Positions 36,341 to 45,740 of a stretch of DNA of 64,000 nucleotides are shown here, in pieces. Position 1 is the stretch's first letter. Each line of letters starts with the position of its first letter. The notes beneath the pieces were generated by a model. It was given only the letters and a program-made list of their open reading frames with translations, was not told the DNA's origin and did no database searches. A program made the translations under genes and the position numbers. The stretch is from an uncultured Gammaproteobacteria bacterium. Its GTDB lineage: Bacteria; Patescibacteriota; Microgenomatia; Levybacterales; UBA12049. Location of the stretch: contig CAZWXQ010000002.1 of the NCBI GenBank assembly GCA_964637955.1, positions 71,782-135,781 of the forward strand. Direction: 5' to 3'.

Positions 36341-37468
36341 ATGGCAGCTAAGACTACGATACCTCCACAAATTCCAGAAAAACCATACGCACCTTTAACT
36401 AAATCGGAGAAGAGGAGAAAGATTATTTTTTTAGTTTCAGCACTTATTGTTATAAATCTTTTTGTTTGGGGTGCTTTTTATTTTACTTTTTATAAAGCCG
36501 ACCAAATGAATAAAATAGCAGCAGTTGTAGGAAATTCAAAAAATGTAAATGTTTCACCTACGCCTTTTCCATTTCAAGAGATGACTATTCCTGCACTTCG
36601 TGCACGTGAATATAAAAGTAATTTGGGAGAAAGAGAAGTTTATTCAAATGGCTCAAATTATACAAGCTATTTAACAAGTTATGATTCTGATGGTAATAAA
36701 ATTAATGGTCTTTTAACAATTCCAAATGGGGAGGCGCCAAAAGGAGGATGGCCAGCGATCGTATTTGTACATGGATATATACCTCCCTCTATATATACAA
36801 CTACGGGAAATTATGTCGATTATGTAGATTATCTTGCTCGAAATGGATATGTAGTCTTTAAAATTGACTTACGTGGACACGCAGGCAGTGAGGGAGAAGC
36901 AGGCGGTGGATATTACGGATCGGATTATATAGTAGATGCCTTAAATGCCCGAGCAGCGCTTGGTGCATCTGATTTTGTAAATAAAGATAAGATTGGCCTG
37001 TGGGGACATTCGATGGCTGGAAATGTGGTCACTCGTTCTTTGGCAGCTCGACCTGAAATTCCCGCAGTTGCTATCTGGGGCGGGGCAGTTTACACATATG
37101 CAGATATGCAAAAATATGGAATTGATGATAATTCTTACAGACCACCGGTTGATGCAAATAGAAATAGTAACAGAAGACAACAATTAAATAAAACTTACGG
37201 CGCATTTGATCCGAAAAGTGAATTTTGGAAGCAAGTTCCTTTTACAAATTACCTTGGTGATATAAAAGGAGCAATTTCCCTAAATCATGCTGTAGATGAT
37301 ACTGTAGTAAATATTGGTTATTCACGTGATTTGAATACTTTGCTTAATAAAACAAATATTCCTCACGAATTAAATGAATATCCAAGTGGTGGTCATAATA
37401 TAAATGGCGCTTCTTTTGTCCCAGCAATGCAAAAAACCGTTGATTTTTACGACAAATATCTTAAGTAA
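36341..37468 (+). CDS. alpha/beta hydrolase (S9/dienelactone-hydrolase-like) with an N-terminal TM anchor
   Basis: GLWGHSMAG nucleophile elbow (GxSxG), IVFVHGY and a C-terminal HxxxD region. Confidence 0.7.
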   Translation: MAAKTTIPPQIPEKPYAPLTKSEKRRKIIFLVSALIVINLFVWGAFYFTFYKADQMNKIAAVVGNSKNVNVSPTPFPFQEMTIPALRAREYKSNLGEREVYSNGSNYTSYLTSYDSDGNKINGLLTIPNGEAPKGGWPAIVFVHGYIPPSIYTTTGNYVDYVDYLARNGYVVFKIDLRGHAGSEGEAGGGYYGSDYIVDALNARAALGASDFVNKDKIGLWGHSMAGNVVTRSLAARPEIPAVAIWGGAVYTYADMQKYGIDDNSYRPPVDANRNSNRRQQLNKTYGAFDPKSEFWKQVPFTNYLGDIKGAISLNHAVDDTVVNIGYSRDLNTLLNKTNIPHELNEYPSGGHNINGASFVPAMQKTVDFYDKYLK

Positions 37469-37477
37469 TTGAAAGCG

Positions 37478-38791
37478 ATGGAGAGAAGAACAGGGAATAG
37501 TGTTCTAATCGTAGATGGTGGTGGAAGAGCAGCCGCACTGGCGCATGCATATTCAAGAAGTCCCCATGTCGATAGAATTTTGGTGGCTCCTGGGAATGAT
37601 TTTATTTACTCGTCTACGCTCGGAAAGCCTGTTGAGATTTTTCCAAACATTAAAACCACAGATGTTAAAAATATATCTAAATTAGCTCGTGAGAGAAGCG
37701 TTTCTTTGGTTGATGTTGCACAGGATAACGCAGTGGAAGTTGGACTAGTAAATAAGCTTCAATCTTTGGGAATTGACGTTGTAGGCCCTACAAAGGAAGC
37801 AGGACAGATCGAGTGGGATAAATCATGGGCGAGAAATTTTGGTGAAGAAATTGATCTTCCTCAGCCTGAATTTAAAACATTTAATTCTGCAAGGCAAGGA
37901 CTCGAGTATCTCGGAAATCAACCTGAAAGAAGATGGTTTGTGAAAGCTTCAGGGCTTGTTGGTGGAAAGGGGGCGTTTCCAGCCGAGAATAATATTGAGG
38001 CTAGAATAAGAATTGAAGAAGTTTTCAAAATTGACTCGGGTTGTGTATTAGAAGAGTGGCTTATGAATGATGATGGAACACCTGGTAGGGAATTTTCAGC
38101 ATTTATAGTTAGTGATGGGGAAAATTTTTTATCACTTGGAAATGGACGGGATCATAAAAGACTTTTAGATGGAGATCTTGGGCCAAATACTGGGGGAATG
38201 GGAGTTATTGCTCCAGTTGAAGATTTGTCCGCCAGTGTTTTAGAGCAAGCTGATTCAATTTTTCAAAAAACTATAAATGGATTAAAAGATATGAAAAGGC
38301 CTTATAAAGGAGTTTTATATCTTGGTGGAATGGTGGTAATTCAAAATGGTGTGGAAAAAGTTTATGTGATCGAGTTTAATGCTCGTCATGGTGATCCTGA
38401 GGCAGAAGCAATACTTCCAGGCATAACATCTGATTTTTATGAGCTTGGTAAAGCTGTGGCAAGTGATGATTTAGGGACGCTTCAGATAGTCAGGGACAGT
38501 TTGTATAGAGTTAGTGTTGCTGGTGTAGCGCGTGAATATCCAGGTGAAACGCTAGTTGAAAGGGAAATATTTGGGCTTGAAGATGCCAGGAAAATAGCTA
38601 AGCTTTATGGTGCAGGAATCAGAATAGTAGGGAATAGACATTACGCAAAAGGAGGAAGACTTTTTTATCTTGTCGGAGAAGGTATAGATTTAAAGTCAGC
38701 ATCACATCAAGCATACGAAGCAATGAGCAGGGTTTCTATCAATGATGACGGTCTTCATTTCAGGACTGACATCGGTTTTAAATCTGCCTAG
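37478..38791 (+). CDS. purD: phosphoribosylamine--glycine ligase (PurD). The track start at 37469 is a TTG; the ATG at 37478 is preferred.
   Basis: N-terminal MERRTGNSVLIVDGGGRAAALAHAY matches the PurD N-terminal domain. ATP-grasp body with C-terminal ...GGRLFYLVGEG. Confidence 0.85.
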   Translation: MERRTGNSVLIVDGGGRAAALAHAYSRSPHVDRILVAPGNDFIYSSTLGKPVEIFPNIKTTDVKNISKLARERSVSLVDVAQDNAVEVGLVNKLQSLGIDVVGPTKEAGQIEWDKSWARNFGEEIDLPQPEFKTFNSARQGLEYLGNQPERRWFVKASGLVGGKGAFPAENNIEARIRIEEVFKIDSGCVLEEWLMNDDGTPGREFSAFIVSDGENFLSLGNGRDHKRLLDGDLGPNTGGMGVIAPVEDLSASVLEQADSIFQKTINGLKDMKRPYKGVLYLGGMVVIQNGVEKVYVIEFNARHGDPEAEAILPGITSDFYELGKAVASDDLGTLQIVRDSLYRVSVAGVAREYPGETLVEREIFGLEDARKIAKLYGAGIRIVGNRHYAKGGRLFYLVGEGIDLKSASHQAYEAMSRVSINDDGLHFRTDIGFKSA

Positions 38792-38932
38792 GATTGAATG
38801 TATAAATTGCAGATTTTTGCATCTTGAATTATATCGTTTAGCCCGATAAGATAATATTCATCGAATTCTCAGTTTTATCTGATAATTTTGATTATCTAGC
38901 AAAAATATATGATAATAGAGGTTGTTAAATGC

Positions 38933-38954
38933 TCATTAATTTAAAAATTAATGA
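38933..38954 (+). promoter_or_regulatory. 8-bp inverted repeat with a 6-nt spacer upstream of the flavinylation cassette (candidate operator)
   Basis: tcattaat ttaaaa attaatga lies 60 nt upstream of the ATG at 39015. A 9-bp stem (38963-38971 with 38992-39000) ends directly before the SD aagggggtga. Confidence 0.3.
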
Positions 38955-39014
38955 TGCATATAACTAACTCTAGAAACTCGCAAGCTCGTTAAGAGTTAGT
39001 AAGGGGGTGATTTA

Positions 39015-39548
39015 ATGGAAGAAAATAACACATCAGCAAGTTCAAGTAACGGCGGAAGTAAAAAGGGATTAATTATTGCAGTAGTTGCTGTAATAGTTAT
39101 TCTAGCTGTTGCAGCTGGAGGTTTTGCGTTTTTAAATAAAGATAAGCTAATGGAGGAAGCAAATGAAAGCGCTGCTGTTGAAAATGCTGAATCTCAAGTT
39201 CAAGCTCAAGTTACTCCTGAAGCTATGCAGCAAGCAAGTCCTTCAGCAAATGTATATAAAGATGGAACTTATGAGGCTACAGGAACCTATTCGTATCATT
39301 CTGGAACTGAATCTGTAAAGGTATCGGTTACTTTGAAAGATAATATGGTTGAAGAAGTTGATGTAACCACATTGGCAAAAAATCCTACATCAAAACAGAT
39401 GCAGGCAGATTTTGCTGCTAACTATAAAACTATGGTAGTGGGCAAAAACATTAACGAAGTTAAGCTTGGAAAAGTTTCAGGTTCAAGTCTTACTCCAATT
39501 GGATTTAATGCAGCAATTGAAGACATAAAGTCTCAAGCAAAATCTTAA
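39015..39548 (+). CDS. membrane-anchored FMN-binding domain protein (NqrC/RnfG-like FMN_bind)
   Basis: TM anchor LIIAVVAVIVILAVAAGGFAFL. Domain YKDGTYEATGTY...VKVSVTL...VSGSSLTPIGFNAAIEDI carries an S-G-[AS]-S/T flavinylation-type motif. Strong SD aagggggtga. Confidence 0.6.
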   Translation: MEENNTSASSSNGGSKKGLIIAVVAVIVILAVAAGGFAFLNKDKLMEEANESAAVENAESQVQAQVTPEAMQQASPSANVYKDGTYEATGTYSYHSGTESVKVSVTLKDNMVEEVDVTTLAKNPTSKQMQADFAANYKTMVVGKNINEVKLGKVSGSSLTPIGFNAAIEDIKSQAKS

Positions 39549-40417
39549 TGAACAATTTTCAGATCAGTTTTGAAGCAATTGGAACCCATTGGGTAATCGA
39601 TTGCTTCAATTCTGTTAATGACAAAAAAATTATCGAAAAAATAATTTATGAAAGAATTGAAGATTTTGATAGAACATACTCAAGATTCCGTCATGATTCT
39701 ATAGTCTGGCAAATGTCAGAAAATGCGGGAGAATACACTCTTCCTTCTGACTCAAAAAGATTTATGGACTACTACGAATCTTTTGAGCGCGCAACAAATG
39801 GTAAATTTACTCTTCTGATTGGAAACACATTAACTGAAGCCGGATATGATTCTTCTTATGGTTTAAAGCCTGGAAAAATTAATAAAGTACCACAGTCGTC
39901 ATCTATTTATGTTTGGGATTATCCAATTCTTACTATAAAAAAACCTTATATTTTGGATTTTGGAGGACTAGGGAAAGGATATCTGATTGAAATTATTGCG
40001 GATCTATTAATTCAAAACCAAATTCAATCTTTTTGTATCGACGCAGGAGGAGACATATTTTGTAAAAATTTGGCAATACCAATTCGTGTGGGCTTAGAAA
40101 ATCCACGTGATTTTAATCAGGTGATTGGAGTAGTGGAATTGAATAACAAAAGTATATGTGCTTCATCGGGTAGTAGGAGAAGGTGGGATAAATATCATCA
40201 TATAATGGATCCTGTAACTTTAGATTCACCGGAAAATATATTGGCATCATGGGTGATTGCCGACGAGCCAATATTGGCTGATGGACTTTCAACATCTTTA
40301 TTTTTTACATCGGCCGAAAAATTATTAAAATATTTTAATTTTGAATATCTTATTCTTTATCCTGATTTTTCTATGCACAAATCACAGAATTTTTCCTCAG
40401 AATTGTTTACAAATTAA
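39548..40417 (+). CDS. apbE: FAD:protein FMN transferase (ApbE family)
   Basis: ILDFGGLGKGYLIEIIADLL (ApbE iDlGGIAKGYAvD motif) and SGSRRRW...HIMDP. Confidence 0.8.
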   Translation: MNNFQISFEAIGTHWVIDCFNSVNDKKIIEKIIYERIEDFDRTYSRFRHDSIVWQMSENAGEYTLPSDSKRFMDYYESFERATNGKFTLLIGNTLTEAGYDSSYGLKPGKINKVPQSSSIYVWDYPILTIKKPYILDFGGLGKGYLIEIIADLLIQNQIQSFCIDAGGDIFCKNLAIPIRVGLENPRDFNQVIGVVELNNKSICASSGSRRRWDKYHHIMDPVTLDSPENILASWVIADEPILADGLSTSLFFTSAEKLLKYFNFEYLILYPDFSMHKSQNFSSELFTN

Positions 40418-40450
40418 TTAGCTTAAGATAATTTTCAGTCTATTTTAAGA

Positions 40451-40972
40451 ATGGACCTCTATTATAAGTTTATGAAGAAATATTTACAGATCAGTGTAGT
40501 AGGAATTATTTTCGTTGGACTTTTACTCATAAGAAATTTTTCAGGTGGCGATGAAGATGAAATAAATGTTGGAGAAGCAAGCTCACAAGTGATAAATTCT
40601 ACCCAAGTAACTAAAACTCAGAATTCATCATCAAATCAAAATAATTCTTCAACTTTTGCTGCAAATACTCCGGCAGATACAACCGGAAAATATAAAGATG
40701 GAACATATTTAGGAACTGTAGAGGATGCGTATTATGGGAATGTTCAAGTAAAAGTAGTGATAAGTGATGGAAAAATAGTTGATGCCACTTTAGCTCAGTA
40801 CCCAAATGATAATCACACCTCAATTAGAATAAACAGTTTAGCGGAAGGATACTTGAAAGCAGAGGCAATTGATGCTCAAAGTGCAAATATAAATAATATT
40901 TCAGGGGCTTCGCTCACCAGCGCAGCATTTAAAACTTCACTTGCTTCAGCGTTATCTCAGGCGCAAAATTAA
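40451..40972 (+). CDS. membrane-anchored FMN-binding domain protein, a paralog of the 39015 gene
   Basis: GKYKDGTYLGTVEDAYYGNVQVKVVISDGKIVDATL...ISGASLTSAAFKTSLASAL has the FMN_bind fold pattern with an SGAS-L-T acceptor motif. Confidence 0.7.
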   Translation: MDLYYKFMKKYLQISVVGIIFVGLLLIRNFSGGDEDEINVGEASSQVINSTQVTKTQNSSSNQNNSSTFAANTPADTTGKYKDGTYLGTVEDAYYGNVQVKVVISDGKIVDATLAQYPNDNHTSIRINSLAEGYLKAEAIDAQSANINNISGASLTSAAFKTSLASALSQAQN

Positions 40973-42499
40973 ATGAAAATACCTATAGTTGATGATGTTT
41001 TAAATAAAATTACAATGTATAGGATTACATTGTATTACCTTATTTTTTTGACAATAGTTGCCGGAATTTTAGGATTTTTTAACCTTATTAATGTAAATCC
41101 ATTAACCCTAATTATTACAGGAATTTATATTTTAACTTTGTGTTATCTGTCAAATTATATTTTTGCTTATTTTTTTAAAGCAAGCAGAAATATAGAGTCT
41201 GTATTTATAACCGCATTAATTTTACTTTTAATAATTCCAACAAATTTTCCAAACAATTTAATTTTTATTTCTCTCGCTTCAATTGTTTCGATTGGAATAA
41301 AGTATTTGCCAACAATAGATAAAAGGCATATTTTTAACCCTGCGGCCGGAGCTCTTGCTGCCATAACTCTTCTTATACCTGAATATGCTGCTACTTGGTG
41401 GGTAGGGACGCCTATGCTTCTTCCATTTGTTTTTCTGGGAGGACTTTTGGTCGTTAGGAAAGTTAGAAGGGAAGAGATGGTTGGACTGTTTGTAATTACC
41501 TATCTAATTCTTATTTCAATTACATCAATTTTTCATAATTTAAGTTTTACATATTTGATAAATAGTCTGCGAATGAGTGTTTTTGATACAGCATTATTCT
41601 TTTTTGCTTTTGTAATGTTTACAGAGCCAATTACATCTCCACCAACTAAAAAACTTCAAGGATACTTTGCGCTATTAACCGCATTTCTATATGCAACGCC
41701 TCAATTAAAGTTTTTTGGATTTGTTTTAACCCCAGAAGAAGCTTTAAGTATTTCAAATATTTTTAGTTACATTGTCAGTCCAAAATACAGACTTACTTTA
41801 AAACTTAAAGAAAAAATTGCAGTTGCCCAGAATACATTGGTTTTTAATTTTGGAAAAGTGAATAATTTTAATTTTACTCCGGGACAGTATATGGAGTGGA
41901 CGCTACCACATCCAAATGCTGATAACAGAGGAAATAGAAGATATTTTAGTTTATCATCAAGTCCTGCTGAGGATGTGCAAATTGCCGTAAGGTTTCACGA
42001 AAAAAGGAGTAGTTATAAAAAAGCAATGCTAGCAATGCAGTCAGGGTCTGTAATAACTGCAAATGCACTCGCCGGAGATTTTACTGTTCCAATTTCTAAA
42101 TTAAATAATACTGTATTTATTGCTGGAGGCATTGGGATTGCTCCATTTAGAAGTATTATTCAGGATTTAGTTGACAAAAACATAAAAGTGGATTTGTATT
42201 TATTCTATTCAAATAGAAGCTGGAACGAGGTTGCGTTTTTAGAATTATTTCAAAAAGCATTTAATAATGGCGTTAAAACTGTGTATACACTTACCGATAA
42301 AAATAACTTACCTGAGAATTGGCAAGGAGAAGTGGGACATTTTACCCCCGAGTTCATCAAAAAGTATATTAGTGATTGGAAGAGTAAGACTTTTTATATT
42401 TCAGGTCCCCAAAATATGGTTTCTTCAACGCAAGAAATGTTACTTAAGGCTGGAATTAAAAGAAAAAATATAATGACTGATTTTTTCCCCGGATTCTAG
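40973..42499 (+). CDS. fusion protein: polytopic RnfD/NqrB-like membrane domain plus C-terminal FNR-like FAD/NAD(P)H-binding reductase domain (508 aa)
   Basis: Membrane domain with HIFNPAAGALAAITLL (RnfD NPFNPAM-like) and FAFVMFTEPITSPP (RnfD GAFFILTDPVTAS-like). C-terminal domain with RRYFSLSSSP (RxYS FAD motif), GGIGIAPFRS (NAD(P)-binding GGxGxxP) and a terminal ...DFFPGF. Confidence 0.65.
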   Translation: MKIPIVDDVLNKITMYRITLYYLIFLTIVAGILGFFNLINVNPLTLIITGIYILTLCYLSNYIFAYFFKASRNIESVFITALILLLIIPTNFPNNLIFISLASIVSIGIKYLPTIDKRHIFNPAAGALAAITLLIPEYAATWWVGTPMLLPFVFLGGLLVVRKVRREEMVGLFVITYLILISITSIFHNLSFTYLINSLRMSVFDTALFFFAFVMFTEPITSPPTKKLQGYFALLTAFLYATPQLKFFGFVLTPEEALSISNIFSYIVSPKYRLTLKLKEKIAVAQNTLVFNFGKVNNFNFTPGQYMEWTLPHPNADNRGNRRYFSLSSSPAEDVQIAVRFHEKRSSYKKAMLAMQSGSVITANALAGDFTVPISKLNNTVFIAGGIGIAPFRSIIQDLVDKNIKVDLYLFYSNRSWNEVAFLELFQKAFNNGVKTVYTLTDKNNLPENWQGEVGHFTPEFIKKYISDWKSKTFYISGPQNMVSSTQEMLLKAGIKRKNIMTDFFPGF

Positions 42500-42536
42500 A
42501 ATAGCAAGAAAGAAAAAAAATTAGTAAAATAAAATC

Positions 42537-44036
42537 ATGAAATATTTTGACATATTCCTGAATAAATTTTCAATGTATAAGGTAGTTTTGTTTAGCTTGT
42601 CTGCTATATTTTTAGTTTCTCTGATTTATTCGTTTATGGGTGTAATTTTTTATAAACCCCTAAACATTATTTCAAGTTTGGCAATACTTACTGCTGTTTG
42701 TTTTTTAGCAAATTACATAATTAGTACTATTTTAAAAATTCCATATAATTTTGAATCTCCATTTATTACGGCTTTAATAATGACTTTTGTAATGGTGCCA
42801 ATTTCTAAAATCTCAGATTTATATATTTATGTTCTCGCAGGTGCATTGGCTATGTTAAGTAAATATATTTTAGCTTTAAATAAAAAGCATATTTTTAATC
42901 CTGCAGCTTTTGGATTGGTGGTAATCGGTTTAGCTGGTTTTCCTCAGATCAATTGGTGGGTGGGGAATTCGCATTTATTTCCATTCGTTTTGGTATTTGG
43001 ATTATTAGTGGTTAGAAAATTAAGGAAATTTTCAATGTTTTCCACTTATTTTATTTTCTCCTTAATGTCAATTTCTTTTTTCGCTGTTCAAAATCAGAGA
43101 GATTTATTTACTACACTAATAGAAGCTATTACTTCATATCCGCTGTTATTTTTGGGGGCATTTATGCTTATTGAGCCGTTAACAACTCCACCAAGAAAAA
43201 AAGAGCAGTTAATTTATGGTGGAATTGTGGGAGTTTTATCAGGCGCTCAATATCATATTGGTCCTATTTATTCTACGCCTGAATTCGGACTTCTTATAGG
43301 AAATGTTTATTCTTTCATAGTAAGTTTTCGAAGAAGACTTGCTTTGACTTTTGACCACAAGAAAGAATTAGCTCCTGGAATTTTTGAGTTTTCATTTCTA
43401 AAGAATTCAAATTTTGATTTTCATCCGGGAGAATATCTGGAGTGGACTTTGGGAAATGTTAAATACGACTTTAGAGGACAGAGAAGATTTTTTTCTATTG
43501 CTTCAGCTCCAACTGAAAACGATATAAAAATAGGTATTAAAACTTTTGAAAAAGGCAGTAATTTTAAAAATAAATTATTAGCACTTAAAAGAGGAGATAA
43601 GATTTATGCAAGTAATTTAATGGGCGATTTTCTTCTATCTAAAAAACATGGGAAATATGTCTTTATTGCGGGAGGAATAGGGATTACACCATTTAGAAGT
43701 ATGATAAAAAATGCACTTGATAAAAATGAAAAAATTGACGCCGTCTTATTTTATTCGTGCTCGGAAGAGAGCGATTTCATTTATCGAGATGTTTTTGAAT
43801 CTGCAAGTAAAATTGGATTAAAAACTATTTATATTTGTTCACATCCATCAGAGCAATTCAAAGGAGTAAGGGAAAGAATTAATTCAGAAATTTTAATAAA
43901 AGAAGTACCTGATTATAAATCGCGAACATTTTATCTTTCTGGACCAAATGTAATGGTTAATGGATATAAAAAACTATTAAAAGGATTGGGAATAAGGTTT
44001 GATAAGATTATTACTGACTATTTCTCCGGATATTAA
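42537..44036 (+). CDS. tandem paralog of the preceding RnfD/NqrB-like-FNR fusion (499 aa)
   Basis: Same architecture: HIFNPAAFGLVVIGL, LGAFMLIEPLTTPP, RRFFSIASAP, GGIGITPFRS and a C-terminal ...DYFSGY. Confidence 0.65.
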   Translation: MKYFDIFLNKFSMYKVVLFSLSAIFLVSLIYSFMGVIFYKPLNIISSLAILTAVCFLANYIISTILKIPYNFESPFITALIMTFVMVPISKISDLYIYVLAGALAMLSKYILALNKKHIFNPAAFGLVVIGLAGFPQINWWVGNSHLFPFVLVFGLLVVRKLRKFSMFSTYFIFSLMSISFFAVQNQRDLFTTLIEAITSYPLLFLGAFMLIEPLTTPPRKKEQLIYGGIVGVLSGAQYHIGPIYSTPEFGLLIGNVYSFIVSFRRRLALTFDHKKELAPGIFEFSFLKNSNFDFHPGEYLEWTLGNVKYDFRGQRRFFSIASAPTENDIKIGIKTFEKGSNFKNKLLALKRGDKIYASNLMGDFLLSKKHGKYVFIAGGIGITPFRSMIKNALDKNEKIDAVLFYSCSEESDFIYRDVFESASKIGLKTIYICSHPSEQFKGVRERINSEILIKEVPDYKSRTFYLSGPNVMVNGYKKLLKGLGIRFDKIITDYFSGY

Positions 44037-44106
44037 ATTGTGACTCTGCTATGTATAGAAGCCAATTAATTTGTTATAATTTGCCTCAGACTGTAATTAA
44101 TTATAA

Positions 44107-45102
44107 ATGTTTGAGAAATTATCTAAAATTGATTTTCAATGGAATCACGCGATAAAAGCTGCGGTTTGCATGTTTCCGATGCTTGTTGCATACATAACTG
44201 GTCATGATTCTCTTTTGGTCCCTTTTGGTCAAGGAGGATTTTTTTATAGCACTTTACCTCTTCCTGAAAAAAAATTGGAAAGAATAATGTATATGTTTTT
44301 GATGGTAGGGGTAGGACTTGGTTTTTATATACTCGGAGGAACTGCGGCGCAAAGCCCAATGCTTTCTATTTTTATTACATTTGTAGTAATGGTAACAATA
44401 GCGTTAATCAGCGGAGGAAAAATGTTAGCTCCAATATCTTTTTCATTAGTTTCAGTATATACAGCTGGTCTTAATGTAAGTGATCCAGCGAAATTATCAG
44501 CTAATTTTGAAGGATTTGCATTTATTTTTATACTTTGTGGTTTTATTTCACTTTTTTCATTTTGGAAGCCATCAGATCTTACAAAATATAGAATTTTTAA
44601 ACCTGCTGAAAATTTAGTCGCAGGAGTAAAGCTGGGTATTGGAACTTCAATTGCTCTTGCGCTCGGAAATTATTTTGATTTTGCAAAACTTGGTTGGCCA
44701 GTAAGTGCTGTTGGAACTATTGTTAGGTTTAATGAGGTGGAAAGTAAAAAAAGAGCTGTTAGTAGAGTTATTGGAACCGTAGGGGGTTCTGTTATGGCAA
44801 TTATTTTATTTTTAGTATTTTCTGTTCCTACTGTATTTATGATATTGGCTTATGTTTTCGGAATTCTGCATTCCTTAATGAGTAAAACCTTGCTTGGGAA
44901 AACTGTATTTTTTTACACAGTTACAATTCTCATTCTCTATTCAATGAATGATTTATCTACGGGTCCTTTAATAGCAGCCCAAAGGATTTTTTATAATTTA
45001 ATAGGAGTTCTTATTGCAGTATTTGTAGTTTTCTATCCGTTCCCAAAGCTTATGAAGAGACTTGAGAAAACAATTTCCGATTACGAAAGCTCGCTGCATT
45101 AA
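44107..45102 (+). CDS. hypothetical polytopic membrane protein (possibly FUSC/ArAE-like)
   Basis: Eight or more hydrophobic helices. The family assignment is weak. Confidence 0.45.
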   Translation: MFEKLSKIDFQWNHAIKAAVCMFPMLVAYITGHDSLLVPFGQGGFFYSTLPLPEKKLERIMYMFLMVGVGLGFYILGGTAAQSPMLSIFITFVVMVTIALISGGKMLAPISFSLVSVYTAGLNVSDPAKLSANFEGFAFIFILCGFISLFSFWKPSDLTKYRIFKPAENLVAGVKLGIGTSIALALGNYFDFAKLGWPVSAVGTIVRFNEVESKKRAVSRVIGTVGGSVMAIILFLVFSVPTVFMILAYVFGILHSLMSKTLLGKTVFFYTVTILILYSMNDLSTGPLIAAQRIFYNLIGVLIAVFVVFYPFPKLMKRLEKTISDYESSLH

Positions 45103-45157
45103 TAGTTAAAATTTGATCATTGTTTTTGAAATTTTAATATATTAAAATCAAAAAGCT

Positions 45158-45703
45158 ATGCCAGAAAAAAAAGAAAAATCAACAAAAGAAGTAAGTGATC
45201 CAAAAAACAAACAAAAAAATCTACTTGTTCTTTTCGCAGTAGCAGTTTTAATCGGAGCAGGAGCATATTATTTTATAAATCAAAAAAATATAAACACTTC
45301 AACGCCACCTGATGTGAATAAAGTCACAATGGCTCCAGATAATTCAAATTCAGGTTCAAATAATTCATCAGAATTAACATCTAAGAAATGGACATGGGTA
45401 AATACAAAAATGTCCGATGGAGCGGTAACTTCTCCAAGTAAAGATGGAGCTTTTACTGCCACTTTTCAGGATGATGGTAGATTAGTTGCTACAACAGATT
45501 GTAATAATGGAAACGGATCTTATGAAGTTGGAGCAGATAACACGCTTACAATTGGACCTATGGCCACTACAATGATGTTTTGCGAGGGTTCAAGTCAAGA
45601 CGCTTATTTTCAGCAATTGGGAAATGTAGGAAGTTATAAGGTAAATAATGGTCAGCTTTGGTTGATGATTAAATTTGATAGTGGAACAATGATCTTCGAG
45701 TAA
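45158..45703 (+). CDS. META/HslJ-domain (DUF306) secreted protein
   Basis: N-terminal anchor. TDCNNGNGSYEVGADNTLTIGPMATTMMFCEGSSQDAYFQQLGNVGSYKVNNGQLWL matches the META domain pattern (GCN...G.y......l.i..a.T.M.C). Confidence 0.7.
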   Translation: MPEKKEKSTKEVSDPKNKQKNLLVLFAVAVLIGAGAYYFINQKNINTSTPPDVNKVTMAPDNSNSGSNNSSELTSKKWTWVNTKMSDGAVTSPSKDGAFTATFQDDGRLVATTDCNNGNGSYEVGADNTLTIGPMATTMMFCEGSSQDAYFQQLGNVGSYKVNNGQLWLMIKFDSGTMIFE

Positions 45704-45740
45704 TCTTCTTTTTATTCAATTCCTGTTATACTGTTTTAGT

